The notes beneath the pieces are model-generated. The model saw nothing but the letters and a program-made list of their open reading frames with translations, did not search any database and was not told where the DNA came from. Shown here piece by piece: positions 7,182 through 16,256 of a stretch of 41,894 nucleotides of DNA. Positions within the stretch are counted from its first letter, which is position 1; the number at the start of each line of letters is the position of its first letter. The DNA comes from Candidatus Moraniibacteriota bacterium (GTDB lineage Bacteria; Patescibacteriota; Minisyncoccia; Moranbacterales; UBA1568), in NCBI GenBank assembly GCA_037142915.1, contig JBAWZR010000002.1, positions 1-41,894 of the forward strand, written 5' to 3'. A program made the position numbers and the translations under genes.

Positions 7182-9044
7182 TTAAAGTGATGGAGCATGA
7201 TATTCAAAGAGAATACCACTGACGAGAGCTGATTGGAAAGAAGGGAAGGCGAAAGGCGTCGTGTCCTGTGAAAATGTGGCGGTTTCGAGAGAATATGAAT
7301 TCACTGGTGTGAGCGAATCTTTGAAAAAATCAGTGTACCGGGTGGCTTGCTCAGTACCAGCAAGAATATAAATATGATCAAAGGCGCGTGTATCGAGCCG
7401 AAGCAGGTCGGACGGATTGAAAAAATAGACCGCCTGGATGCCGTAGATGCTGTGGAGCGGACCAGCGAGGATGGCGTAGGGGTTGCCTGAAGCGAGTCGA
7501 TCGACAAGGATGAGGTCTCGATCGGTAAACTGTGAAGCAAGGGGAGCTGTGCCTGTCAGGAGAGATGGGTTTTCAGTGGCGGGGAGGAAATAGAGAGTGA
7601 CCGTAAGAAAAGAAAGTGTGAGTATGCTGAGGATGAACGGAGCGAAGAGGCGCGAGAAATGGCGGTGTGGATGATGGCGTTGAAAAAACGAGTGTAACTC
7701 CGCGATACCGAGCAGTGTGAGAAAAAGAAACACCGGCCAGAGTGTGAAAACGAATCGGCGTAACATCCACGGATGGTCATCAGAAATATGCGGGTTGAAA
7801 AGATATATCAGAGTGGGAAGTGCGAGAAGCAAAGGCACGAGAGTGATCCAAGCGCGTTTTTTGATGAGAAGGAGGACGCTCAAGTCACCCATAACGAATA
7901 CCGGGACGAGTTGATAGAGCCAGAGTGTTTGCCAGAGTGCCTGGAGCGATGGGAAAAACGATGATGAGGAGGATAGTGCTGCTGTTGTTGGTTCGTTCCA
8001 TTGGTGCCAGAGCGTGCTGGCTATCGAGCGGAAGAACGGAAGATTGAGCATGATATCCCACAGAATGACGAGGGTGATAAAGGTGACCGTAAGCGTGACG
8101 GTTGGTCGTGAGAATTTCTCGGTGAACCAGTGACGAACGGAAGGGGTGAATGCAAAAAGAAGAAGGAGCATCGCGAATATCGCCCAGCCTTCGATGCGAG
8201 TGATGGCCAGGGTGAGTGCGGTGAGGAGTGCAAGTGTGCATTGTATTCGTGATGGCCGAGCGAGAAACTGGATGGCTTGGAGGCACAGGAAGAGGAAGAG
8301 TGGGAGCGCAAAGGTTTCACTGAGGGTGAATCGTCCGAACCAGAGGAGCGGGAAAGAGATGAGGAACAACCCTGCGCCGAAGACACTCCAGCGAAATGGT
8401 AGAAAAAGTTTGAGGAGGAAAAAGAAAAAGAGAATAGAGAGGGTGGCACTTACGACATTGGCGATATACAGACCAGCCAAGCCAAATAGAGATACGAATC
8501 CGGCGTACCACACGATCGTACCGAGCGGGAATTGAGGCACCAGACTGCCGGCGGCATCATAGGCGAATCCTGGGAAATTAAGTGCCTTGCCGACGCCGTT
8601 GAGATGGAAGAACGCTTGGATAGAATGTGAATCGAAGGGGATTTTCCCTGTGTGGGCGAGTTGGATGGCGGCGAGACTGTAGGAGCCCTGATCGCGTCCG
8701 GAGAAGACAGTAGGACTCGCGAGGAGTGGTGAGAGTACGCAGATGAGAAAGGCGAGTGTGCCAGCGAAGAGCAGGATGGTAACCCAGAGAGTTTTTTTTG
8801 AAATGAGATGCAGCGCGAGATGCCGCTTGTGAATGAAACGAAGGCCGATGTAACTGCTCGTGCCGAGTGCAATGAGTAGGGAGAGCAAGACGAGGGACGA
8901 TGAGAAGTGTCCGACACTGGCGAGGACAAAGAGAAGCCACCACCAAATCAACCACCCGCCGGCGAGGCTGGTGACGAAAATTGAAAACAAGGAAGATTCG
9001 TTTTTTCCGGAAACTGAATGTGGAGACAAACGCGTAAGGCTCAA
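7182..9044 (-). CDS. Large polytopic membrane protein, candidate GT-C-fold (ArnT/PMT/GT39-like) glycosyltransferase
   Basis: 620-aa ORF with more than 10 hydrophobic segments. A first-loop acidic motif (SGRDQGSYSLAAIQLAHTG) sits where the DE/DxD loop of GT39/ArnT-like enzymes lies. Only a TTG start (9044) is available in frame. Confidence 0.5.
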   Translation of the reverse strand: MSLTRLSPHSVSGKNESSLFSIFVTSLAGGWLIWWWLLFVLASVGHFSSSLVLLSLLIALGTSSYIGLRFIHKRHLALHLISKKTLWVTILLFAGTLAFLICVLSPLLASPTVFSGRDQGSYSLAAIQLAHTGKIPFDSHSIQAFFHLNGVGKALNFPGFAYDAAGSLVPQFPLGTIVWYAGFVSLFGLAGLYIANVVSATLSILFFFFLLKLFLPFRWSVFGAGLFLISFPLLWFGRFTLSETFALPLFLFLCLQAIQFLARPSRIQCTLALLTALTLAITRIEGWAIFAMLLLLFAFTPSVRHWFTEKFSRPTVTLTVTFITLVILWDIMLNLPFFRSIASTLWHQWNEPTTAALSSSSSFFPSLQALWQTLWLYQLVPVFVMGDLSVLLLIKKRAWITLVPLLLALPTLIYLFNPHISDDHPWMLRRFVFTLWPVFLFLTLLGIAELHSFFQRHHPHRHFSRLFAPFILSILTLSFLTVTLYFLPATENPSLLTGTAPLASQFTDRDLILVDRLASGNPYAILAGPLHSIYGIQAVYFFNPSDLLRLDTRAFDHIYILAGTEQATRYTDFFKDSLTPVNSYSLETATFSQDTTPFAFPSFQSALVSGILFEYHAPSL

Positions 9045-9061
9045 AGTATTACGGGCATTGC

Positions 9062-9074
9062 TTTCAGTATACCA
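9062..9074 (-). promoter_or_regulatory. Extended -10 promoter (TGgTATACTGAAA on the minus strand) for the 9044-5385 operon
   Basis: The minus strand reads TTTTTTTGGTATACTGAAAGC. This is the same TGnTATACTG(A/G)AA block seen at 22171, 29728 and 32739. Confidence 0.45.
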
Positions 9075-9122
9075 AAAAAAGAGATAGTCGTCATTGCGCT
9101 GTTAGTATGATAAAATACCCGC

Positions 9123-9151
9123 TTCACGGGGAGTTTTTGGCGTGGTAGAAT
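9123..9151 (+). promoter_or_regulatory. Promoter for the GT4 gene
   Basis: The -35 is TTCACG (9123-9128), the spacer is 17 nt, and the extended -10 is TGgTAGAAT (-10 at 9146-9151). Confidence 0.4.
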
Positions 9152-9196
9152 GAAAGAAGACAGAGTGGGGAGGGAAAGCCGCCATAAATTGAAACC

Positions 9197-10384
9197 ATGA
9201 AAATACTTGTTGTCGCACCGACCCCGTTTTTTTCTGATCGGGGAACGCATATCCGAATACTCGAGGAGGCTTTGGCTTTGGAGCGATTGGGACATACTCT
9301 TATCATAGGCACTTACCATATCGGGCGTGATATCCCGCCGCAGGTGCACACGGATATTGATGTTCGCCGGATTCGCCGGTGGGTGTTTTGGTACAAAAAA
9401 CTCGAAGCCGGCCCTGACTGGCAGAAGATCATCCTTGATATTATGTTGATCCGCAAGGTGTTTTTCCTCGCGCGAACAGAACACCCCGATATCATTCACG
9501 CTCACCTGCACGAGGGTGCGCTGATTGGGTGGATCGTGCAGAAGGCATTGTTTTGGCGTAAGATGAAACTCGTGACGGATATGCATGGGAGTTTGACCAA
9601 GGAGATGGTATCGCATGCGTATCTGCGAGGGAATTGGCTGCGGGCGATATTCAATCGGCTCGAATGGTGGCTCGACAATCGTGGCGATATCGCGGTGACG
9701 AGCTCATGGGAGAACACACTCGAAGTGAGCGCTCATCGGCCGTCAGCCACGACGGAGACGATTCTCGATGGGGTGAATCTCGCCTATTATCGGAGTTTGC
9801 CGATGAAGGGCGAGGCGCGGAAACGCTTCAATATTCCACGGGAGAAAGTCATCGTCGCGTATACCGGCGCGTTCATCCCCAACAAGGGCATCCAACATAT
9901 GGTAGATGCTTTTTCGCGGGTATATGAAGCCTGCCCTGAAGTCCATTTCGTCATCGCGGGATTTCCGTTGGATATGATTCGATCACTCCTTGACGCGCAG
10001 GTGTGGAAACAATCCTCAACGATTATCAGTCCTTTGTTGTATTTCAATTTGCCGACACTCTTGTGGGCGAGTGATATCGGCGTTGATCCCAAGGACACCG
10101 GGACACATCAGGCGAGTGGCAAGACGCTACAATATATGGGCGCCGGGTTGCCGATTGTATGCTTCGAGACGACGAACAATCGGGAATATCTGGCAGGTGG
10201 TGCGGAGTACGCGAGCGAAGTGACGGCCGAGAGTTTGGCAGATGCGATCATCCGATTGGTGCGCGACCCAAAAGCACGGGAGGAGAAGGGGCTGATCAAT
10301 CACCGGCGCGCCGAACTGTTCAGTTGGGATGCCTCGGCAAAAAAACTGGAGGGGATTTATAAACAAGTGTTGAAGAGAAAATAA
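9197..10384 (+). CDS. Glycosyltransferase, GT4 family (GT-B fold)
   Basis: 395-aa ORF. The N-terminus MKILVVAPTPFFSDRGTHIRILE and the C-terminal E-x7-E-like region (KTLQYMGAGLPIVC...) are typical of group-1 glycosyltransferases. Confidence 0.9.
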   Translation: MKILVVAPTPFFSDRGTHIRILEEALALERLGHTLIIGTYHIGRDIPPQVHTDIDVRRIRRWVFWYKKLEAGPDWQKIILDIMLIRKVFFLARTEHPDIIHAHLHEGALIGWIVQKALFWRKMKLVTDMHGSLTKEMVSHAYLRGNWLRAIFNRLEWWLDNRGDIAVTSSWENTLEVSAHRPSATTETILDGVNLAYYRSLPMKGEARKRFNIPREKVIVAYTGAFIPNKGIQHMVDAFSRVYEACPEVHFVIAGFPLDMIRSLLDAQVWKQSSTIISPLLYFNLPTLLWASDIGVDPKDTGTHQASGKTLQYMGAGLPIVCFETTNNREYLAGGAEYASEVTAESLADAIIRLVRDPKAREEKGLINHRRAELFSWDASAKKLEGIYKQVLKRK

Positions 10385-10394
10385 ATAAAATAGT

Positions 10395-12350
10395 ATGGAT
10401 TTTGAAAAACCTGCATCGCCCACACCAGAACAAATGAAAACTGAAAGACAGACCCCGCTTCGTTCGCAGGAAGATATTCATCTGGAATCTCCGGTCGAGC
10501 AGCCGACACCAGCGGTTGATTATGAGGCATTGGAGGCCGAGTATGATTCAACTGTTACCGAGATGGAGGCGAAACTTGGACCATTGAGTGATGAGGTCAA
10601 GCAGGAACTGCATCAGAGTATAGTCGGTGATGCGCCGAGGGTGAATGAAATGGAAGATGCGAAAGAATTCAGCAAGACTTATTCTCCCCGAGAGCGGTCG
10701 CTGCTTGCCGAGAAGATTCAAGGTATGCGGGTGAAATATTTTAAGCAGGAGAATACGGCGAAGCAAATAAATGAAGAACGGCAACCAAAAAGGGAGGAAG
10801 CGGAAGCAAAACTCGAGGTTCTTAGGGTTGAGGCTGCGGAGGTTCATGAGAAATTAGACGAGCTTGATGCAGTGATGAGTAGGCGGAAGTTCGAGGTTTT
10901 CGGAAAGGTTCTTGATTTCACTTCACAAAAAACGAAAAAGGAATGGGAGACCTACGATGCATTGCGTCAACAGGTGAATGAAGAGATGGCAAAAGAAAAG
11001 CAGATACTGGCGTCAGCGGAGGAAGTCGTTGTTGAAGATACGCTGTTGCGGGAATCACGGAGTGAATTGACAAGTTTTTATAAGGAGCAGGAAGAAATAA
11101 AAAATATCTACGAGAGTGAGGATGACTTGCGAGATGTAGAAAAAGTTTCCCGCGAAAGGAATCTCGTGTTTTTCCATGCTATGTCCTTTGAAGGTTATAG
11201 AGCTCTTGGCGTTTTTGAGAATAATCAAATGGTAGACGCTGATCGTTTGGATAATGAGACGAGGATGAAGCTGCTTATAGGACTTGACCCAACTATTTCT
11301 GTTTCTACCAAGCGATTGGATTCTTCAAAACCGGAGGAAAGCGGGACACTATACCCTGCAGGTGTCCTATTGAAGGGTGGCCGTATTATGAGCGCCTATA
11401 GTGGAGATGGGATGACACAAGTTCAGAATGTCTTTGCCAAGCAGGCGGAATATGACCAAACACTCAAATCGAGCGTGGTACATGAGAATTTTGGGAAGCG
11501 TTTGGATGCGGCAATCACTCGGACTACATCAGAGGAAGAATATGGAATAAATGAAGAAGCTCCTTACAATGAGCTTATTGTGGAAAATCCGGAAATCGCC
11601 GCGTTAGCAATCAATCTTGATCATGAGGCGTTGAAGATATCTCCCGAGCGTATCGCCTCTATCGGCGCAGAGCTAGAGAGACTGTCGATTGAATTCGGTA
11701 TCCCAGTGTATGGTATAAGAGAGGGAAAGATTTTGGATATGAAAAATGGTGGGCAGGAAGTCTCTCTCGATAGTGTATTGGATTTTGGAATACAAAAGAG
11801 TGCTGAGGAACGGCTGGGGATGGTTCGGGAGGCAGTGGAACAAGGCGTGCTGGCTACTAGAGGAGTTCGAGAATATTTGGAGGCGTATTCTGTTGGGGTT
11901 AATGTTATGAACCCCGATACTTTTTCAGCACTCAATTATTCTTTGCATGATTTGATTGGGAATGAACGGAATTTTGAAAAAATTATCGAAAGGGTTCGAG
12001 GAAAAATTGATTATTTGGAGCAATCTATTCGACTCAATGAACAGCAGGAATCTTCAGAATCTGATGATACAAAGAACCAAACGGAAAAATATAAAAAACT
12101 TTTAAAGGAAGCAACTTTTCTTTTATACGGTCTTTCCGAAACATCTGAAGTTAAAAACAATACCGCGCTGTCTGGTGATATGACAGCAGTCATTGATCAA
12201 TCTTTCGGAGTGGAACAATGTCGTAATTTCATAGAAACTCACCGTCAGAATGATAAGAAATTGTGTCTTATATTAAAGGATTTCCCTCCCGATATTCAAA
12301 AACGGATGAGGGCGCTTGGTGCGAAGGAGGAAGATACCTTTGATTTTTAA
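10395..12350 (+). CDS. Hypothetical 651-aa protein: acidic disordered N-terminus, coiled coil, unknown globular core
   Basis: A long uninterrupted ORF begins 10 nt after the GT4 stop. It has no TM segment or signal peptide. Residues about 100-250 are E/K-rich heptad-like sequence. The core carries H..Y..E-like motifs (see findings). Confidence 0.8.
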   Translation: MDFEKPASPTPEQMKTERQTPLRSQEDIHLESPVEQPTPAVDYEALEAEYDSTVTEMEAKLGPLSDEVKQELHQSIVGDAPRVNEMEDAKEFSKTYSPRERSLLAEKIQGMRVKYFKQENTAKQINEERQPKREEAEAKLEVLRVEAAEVHEKLDELDAVMSRRKFEVFGKVLDFTSQKTKKEWETYDALRQQVNEEMAKEKQILASAEEVVVEDTLLRESRSELTSFYKEQEEIKNIYESEDDLRDVEKVSRERNLVFFHAMSFEGYRALGVFENNQMVDADRLDNETRMKLLIGLDPTISVSTKRLDSSKPEESGTLYPAGVLLKGGRIMSAYSGDGMTQVQNVFAKQAEYDQTLKSSVVHENFGKRLDAAITRTTSEEEYGINEEAPYNELIVENPEIAALAINLDHEALKISPERIASIGAELERLSIEFGIPVYGIREGKILDMKNGGQEVSLDSVLDFGIQKSAEERLGMVREAVEQGVLATRGVREYLEAYSVGVNVMNPDTFSALNYSLHDLIGNERNFEKIIERVRGKIDYLEQSIRLNEQQESSESDDTKNQTEKYKKLLKEATFLLYGLSETSEVKNNTALSGDMTAVIDQSFGVEQCRNFIETHRQNDKKLCLILKDFPPDIQKRMRALGAKEEDTFDF

Positions 12351-12369
12351 AAGAATGATATTTTAACCT

Positions 12370-13635
12370 ATGGATCTGTGGCTCATAAAACTTGGTAAGG
12401 CATGGTCAGCTCTCAAGGAGGAGGGTTTGTGGCGGGGTGGGACGCGTATCACGAAATCGTTTTTTAATTTGTTTCACCATGTCGGTTCGGGCGATGTACT
12501 CTTCATCACGGGCGGACTGGGTGACAGCGCGCGGTATCGCTCCTGGCATGTGGTAGAGGAGCTGCGATTGCAGGCGGGTTTGCGGTGCTCGATCACCGTG
12601 CAGGATAACCCGTTCCTCTCAGGGTACGCGGACAAGTTTTCGATATTTATTTTTCATCGGGTGATGTATACGCCGAGCGTCGCCAAACTCATAGAAAAAA
12701 TCAAAGCGCAACACAAGACGATTATTTTTGAAACAGACGATTTGGTATTTGACGCGAAATATCAGAAGGATATGGATCACTTCCGCAAGATGAATACCTT
12801 TGAACGTAAGCAGTATGCCGGAGGTGTCGGCGCGGAAATCCTCGCCGATCCGTATGTGGAAGTGGCCACGACGAGTACGGATTTTCTCGCTGAGAAATTA
12901 CGAGAACAGAATAAAACAGTTTTCGTCGTGCCAAATAAATTGTCGCAAGAAGATGTGCAGACGATGGATGAGATTTTGGCTGCAACCAAGGGTGCGGCGG
13001 GTAGAGACGCAAGATCTTGCATCTCTACAGAATCGGAAAACGATGTGATCATCGGTTACTTCAGTGGTGCCAAGGGGCATGATAAAGACTTTGCCGTAGT
13101 GACGGACGTGTTATTGGAGCTGTTTCAAAAATACCCGCAGTTGCGATTGTTCGTCGCCGGGCCACTGGTGCTGGATGAGCGTTTACTGGCATTAAACAAA
13201 AGTGTATCAGGAGTAGAGACGCAAGATCTTGCGTCTCAAGAGAAGAGAATAATTCAAGTTGCCTATGTCCCTCGAGCAGAACACTTCGCCAATGTCGCGC
13301 ATATCGATATCAATGTCGCGCCGCTCGAAGTCGGCAATCCCTTTTGCGAGTCGAAGTCGGAGTTGAAGTTTTTTGAAGCCGGATACCTCGGCGTGCCGAC
13401 GGTGGCCAGTGCGACCGATCCGTTCCGACGGGCGATCGAGGATGGGGTGGATGGTTTTGTCGCTATGAAGAGCGACGAATGGAAAGAGAAACTCTCGCGT
13501 TTAATAGAAGACAAAAATTTACGATCGCAAATGGGTGAACGGGCGCACGAAAAAGCTGTGACCAAATACACTACCACTAACGCTCACAACGAGGAATACT
13601 ATGCTTTTTTGAAAAGCAAGATTATTTCTGCTTGA
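12370..13635 (+). CDS. Glycosyltransferase (GT-B fold, group-1-like) carrying two in-frame palindromic insertions
   Basis: 421-aa ORF. The C-domain shows IIGYFSGAKGHDKDF...LFVAGP...FFEAGYLGVPTVAS...DGVDGF. Confidence 0.85.
   Translation: MDLWLIKLGKAWSALKEEGLWRGGTRITKSFFNLFHHVGSGDVLFITGGLGDSARYRSWHVVEELRLQAGLRCSITVQDNPFLSGYADKFSIFIFHRVMYTPSVAKLIEKIKAQHKTIIFETDDLVFDAKYQKDMDHFRKMNTFERKQYAGGVGAEILADPYVEVATTSTDFLAEKLREQNKTVFVVPNKLSQEDVQTMDEILAATKGAAGRDARSCISTESENDVIIGYFSGAKGHDKDFAVVTDVLLELFQKYPQLRLFVAGPLVLDERLLALNKSVSGVETQDLASQEKRIIQVAYVPRAEHFANVAHIDINVAPLEVGNPFCESKSELKFFEAGYLGVPTVASATDPFRRAIEDGVDGFVAMKSDEWKEKLSRLIEDKNLRSQMGERAHEKAVTKYTTTNAHNEEYYAFLKSKIISA
13001..13028. repeat. Palindromic repeat copy 1 (GTAGAGACGCAAGATCTTGCATCTCTAC), inside a CDS
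   Basis: 28-nt palindrome with one mismatch, translated as GRDARSCIST. Confidence 0.85.
13213..13237. repeat. Palindromic repeat copy 2 (GTA-GAGACGCAAGATCTTGCGTCTC), inside a CDS
   Basis: The 22-nt core (13216-13237) is a perfect palindrome. It is translated in the other frame as VETQDLASQ. Confidence 0.85.
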
Positions 13636-14422
13636 GAGCGAAAACTCCTGCGAAAATCGCTAGCATAATGAGGACGATGGTACCGCCGGTGGAGAGATTG
13701 AAGTAGAACGAGGCGAAGATGCCCGAGACGACAGAGAAGAGTGAAACGATTTCCGCGTAAATGATGGTTTGCAAGAAATTCTTTTTGAGTTGAAGCGCCG
13801 TGATGACCGGGATGACGATGAGCGCTGCGATGAGGAGTACGCCGACGATGGGGATGGCGAGGGCGACGGTGAGTGCGGTGAGCACGATGAGGATGGTATT
13901 GACGAGTCGAGTCGAGACACCGCTGACTGTGGCCGCTTCTTCGTCGAAGGAGATATACACGAGTTGTTTGTAAAAAAATGCTACTATCAGCGCTACGATA
14001 ATGGCTAAAATTGAAATAATACGCACATCACTGGCCGTCACGGTCACGATGCTGCCGAAGAGATAATTGAAGAGGTTTGAGTTGAATCCGTGAGCGAGGC
14101 TGAGGATGACCACAGCGAGCGCGAGGCTGCCGGAGAGGAAGAGCGCCAAGGCTGATTCGCCGTAGACTCGTTTGGAGGTGCGGAGTCGTTCGATGCCGAG
14201 TGACGCGAGCACCGCCGTGACGAGTGCCGTCAATACGGGATTGATTCCAAGGAAGAGGCCAATCGCAATCCCTGCCAGCGATACATGGGCGAGCGTATCC
14301 GCGATGAGCGAATAGCGTCTCAGCACGAGGAAGATGCCGATGAGCGGTGCGATGAGGGCGATCACGATGCCGGCCTCCAGCCCTCGTATGATGAAACCGT
14401 ATTGGAAGATATTTTCGAGCAT
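13622..14422 (-). CDS. Metal (Zn/Mn-type) ABC transporter permease, ABC-3 family
   Basis: 266-aa polytopic ORF. FQYGFIIRGLEAGIVIALIAPLIGIFLVLRRYSLIADTLAHVSLAG is characteristic of ZnuB/MntB/TroC-type permeases. Confidence 0.9.
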   Translation of the reverse strand: MLENIFQYGFIIRGLEAGIVIALIAPLIGIFLVLRRYSLIADTLAHVSLAGIAIGLFLGINPVLTALVTAVLASLGIERLRTSKRVYGESALALFLSGSLALAVVILSLAHGFNSNLFNYLFGSIVTVTASDVRIISILAIIVALIVAFFYKQLVYISFDEEAATVSGVSTRLVNTILIVLTALTVALAIPIVGVLLIAALIVIPVITALQLKKNFLQTIIYAEIVSLFSVVSGIFASFYFNLSTGGTIVLIMLAIFAGVFALKQK

Positions 14423-15196
14423 TTATTTGTGATAATGATGATGGAGGATGTGGACATCTTTGCCACGAACATTGGAGGGTGTGCTCTCCGCGAGATAATC
14501 CTCGGGCGAAGTGTGGCAGACGAGGGTTATATTGACACAGACGATATGCATCACTTCTCGGACTACCCGTTCGATATCGTGGGACACGAGCACGAGTGTG
14601 AGATCTAATTCTTCATTGAGCTTTCGGAGGAGTGTATAAAACTCGTTTTGAGTTTCTTGATCTACACCGGTTGTCGGTTCATCCAAAAAGATGATTTCCG
14701 GTTGGTTGACCAGTGCTCGAGCGATGAAAACTCGTTGTTGTTGCCCGCCGGAGAGATCACCGATGAGTCGGTCTTTCTGTTTCCATAACCCGACTTTTTC
14801 GAGCGCGTCCCGTACTGCTTCCTTATCATCTCGTGTGGTTCGTTGGAAAAGTTTTTGATTTGAGTAGCGACCCATCAGTACGACTTCGAAGACACTGGCG
14901 GGAAAGTTGGCATCAAAATGGACGGCTTTTTGGGGGACATAGCCTATTTTTTGCCAATCCTTGAATTCTCGAAGATCCTGCTCAAATAATTTTACGCTGC
15001 CGGTTTTTGGCGTGAGGAGATTGAGCATTATTTTGAGTAGGGTCGTTTTGCCCGCTCCATTTGGGCCGATGAGTCCGATATAATCGCCCTGATGGATTGC
15101 GAGCGTTATGTCTTTCAAGACATCTCCGTTGTCATTGTACGAGAAGGAGACATTTTCGATCTCGATGATGTTTTGTGTGTGGTCTATTTGGCGCAT
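14423..15196 (-). CDS. Metal ABC transporter ATP-binding protein (ZnuC/MntA-like)
   Basis: Walker A GPNGAGKTT, signature LSGGQQQRV and Walker B IIFLDEPT are present. The His-rich C-terminal tail reads HILHHHYHK. Confidence 0.9.
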   Translation of the reverse strand: MRQIDHTQNIIEIENVSFSYNDNGDVLKDITLAIHQGDYIGLIGPNGAGKTTLLKIMLNLLTPKTGSVKLFEQDLREFKDWQKIGYVPQKAVHFDANFPASVFEVVLMGRYSNQKLFQRTTRDDKEAVRDALEKVGLWKQKDRLIGDLSGGQQQRVFIARALVNQPEIIFLDEPTTGVDQETQNEFYTLLRKLNEELDLTLVLVSHDIERVVREVMHIVCVNITLVCHTSPEDYLAESTPSNVRGKDVHILHHHYHK

Positions 15197-16122
15197 TGTA
15201 GTGCTGTTTGTAAATTAGAGAGGTTGTTTTGCATGACGGTCAGATAATTTTCCCCTTGGGCGAGTTCGGTATCGCTGAGTCCTTCGAGCGGATTGAGTAC
15301 GAGTGTTTGTGCGCCAATTTCAGTCGCGATCGTTTGGGCGAGCTTGGGGCTGGCGAGGCTCTCGAAGAAGATATATTTCACCGAGTTGGCTTTGGCGAAT
15401 TGTACGATGCCGGCCAGTTGCTGCGGTGATGGTTCGGCATCGGGGGAGAGTCCGGCGATGGCGACCTGATTTAATCCGTAAGTTGTGGCGAGGTAGCTAA
15501 ATGCCATGTGCGAAGTAATGATGTTTTTTTCTTTACAATTACTCAACCCTTGTTTATAGGCTCTATCTAAATCATTTAGTTTTGATTTTAGAATATCGGC
15601 GTTCGTCTGATAATACACTGCATTAGCGGGGTCAGCTTGTTCAAATCCCTGCACGAGCTTCGCGACGATTTTCTCTGCCAATGGTGGGGCGAGCCAGATA
15701 TGGGGGTCGATGCCGGTCTGACCGTTTTCTGTTACCTGTTGAGTAGCGAGGCCGTCGCTCACAGTGATGATGGTTGTTTTTCCGGGGTCGATATTTTGTT
15801 TGATAGTGTCGCCCCAACCCTCGAGGTTGCTCCCATTGAGGATGATGAGTTGGCTATTTTCCATCGTGGCCATATCCTGCGCGGTTGGTTCGTAGTCGTG
15901 CGGTTCGGCACCGGCTGGCACTATATTGGTCACATGTGCTTTATCGCCACCGATTTGCTGAGCGAAGAAGGAGAGTGGATACAAGCTGGCCACTACTTGG
16001 ATTTTCCCTGAGTTGAGAATTTGAGAGGACGGTTTTGTTTGTCTTAACAAAACAAAAACTGCCAGACTAATGAGAAGTAGCCCGAGAACAAAAATGATGG
16101 TAATGACAGTATTTTTCGACAT
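15184..16122 (-). CDS. Metal ABC transporter substrate-binding protein (ZnuA/TroA family)
   Basis: 312-aa ORF with an N-terminal TM/signal segment. GAEPHDYEPT and DPHIWL metal-ligand motifs are present. It overlaps the ATPase gene by 13 nt. Confidence 0.9.
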   Translation of the reverse strand: MSKNTVITIIFVLGLLLISLAVFVLLRQTKPSSQILNSGKIQVVASLYPLSFFAQQIGGDKAHVTNIVPAGAEPHDYEPTAQDMATMENSQLIILNGSNLEGWGDTIKQNIDPGKTTIITVSDGLATQQVTENGQTGIDPHIWLAPPLAEKIVAKLVQGFEQADPANAVYYQTNADILKSKLNDLDRAYKQGLSNCKEKNIITSHMAFSYLATTYGLNQVAIAGLSPDAEPSPQQLAGIVQFAKANSVKYIFFESLASPKLAQTIATEIGAQTLVLNPLEGLSDTELAQGENYLTVMQNNLSNLQTALQCAK

Positions 16123-16217
16123 ATTCTTGATAACAGTATAGCGTGTTTTTTGGTCTAAAGCTAGTTCTGTCGAAAAAGTTTTCTGATGTATAAAAACGTG
16201 CGGAAAATGTGGAATTT

Positions 16218-16226
16218 TGTTATGAT
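16218..16226 (+). promoter_or_regulatory. Extended -10 element TGtTATGAT upstream of tsaC
   Basis: It lies 30 nt upstream of ATG 16257, with an AAGAGG SD in between. Confidence 0.35.
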
Positions 16227-16256
16227 TAAGAGGAAATTTTAAAGAGACGAAGAAAT

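Noticed and set aside
16123-16145. Zur/Fur-type operator (TTGATAACAGTATAG) at the start of the metal-importer operon.
   Set aside because: It has only a GATAAC-like half-site, and I could find no convincing dyad symmetry. It may be just the minus-strand -10 (TATACT). This is insufficient to call.
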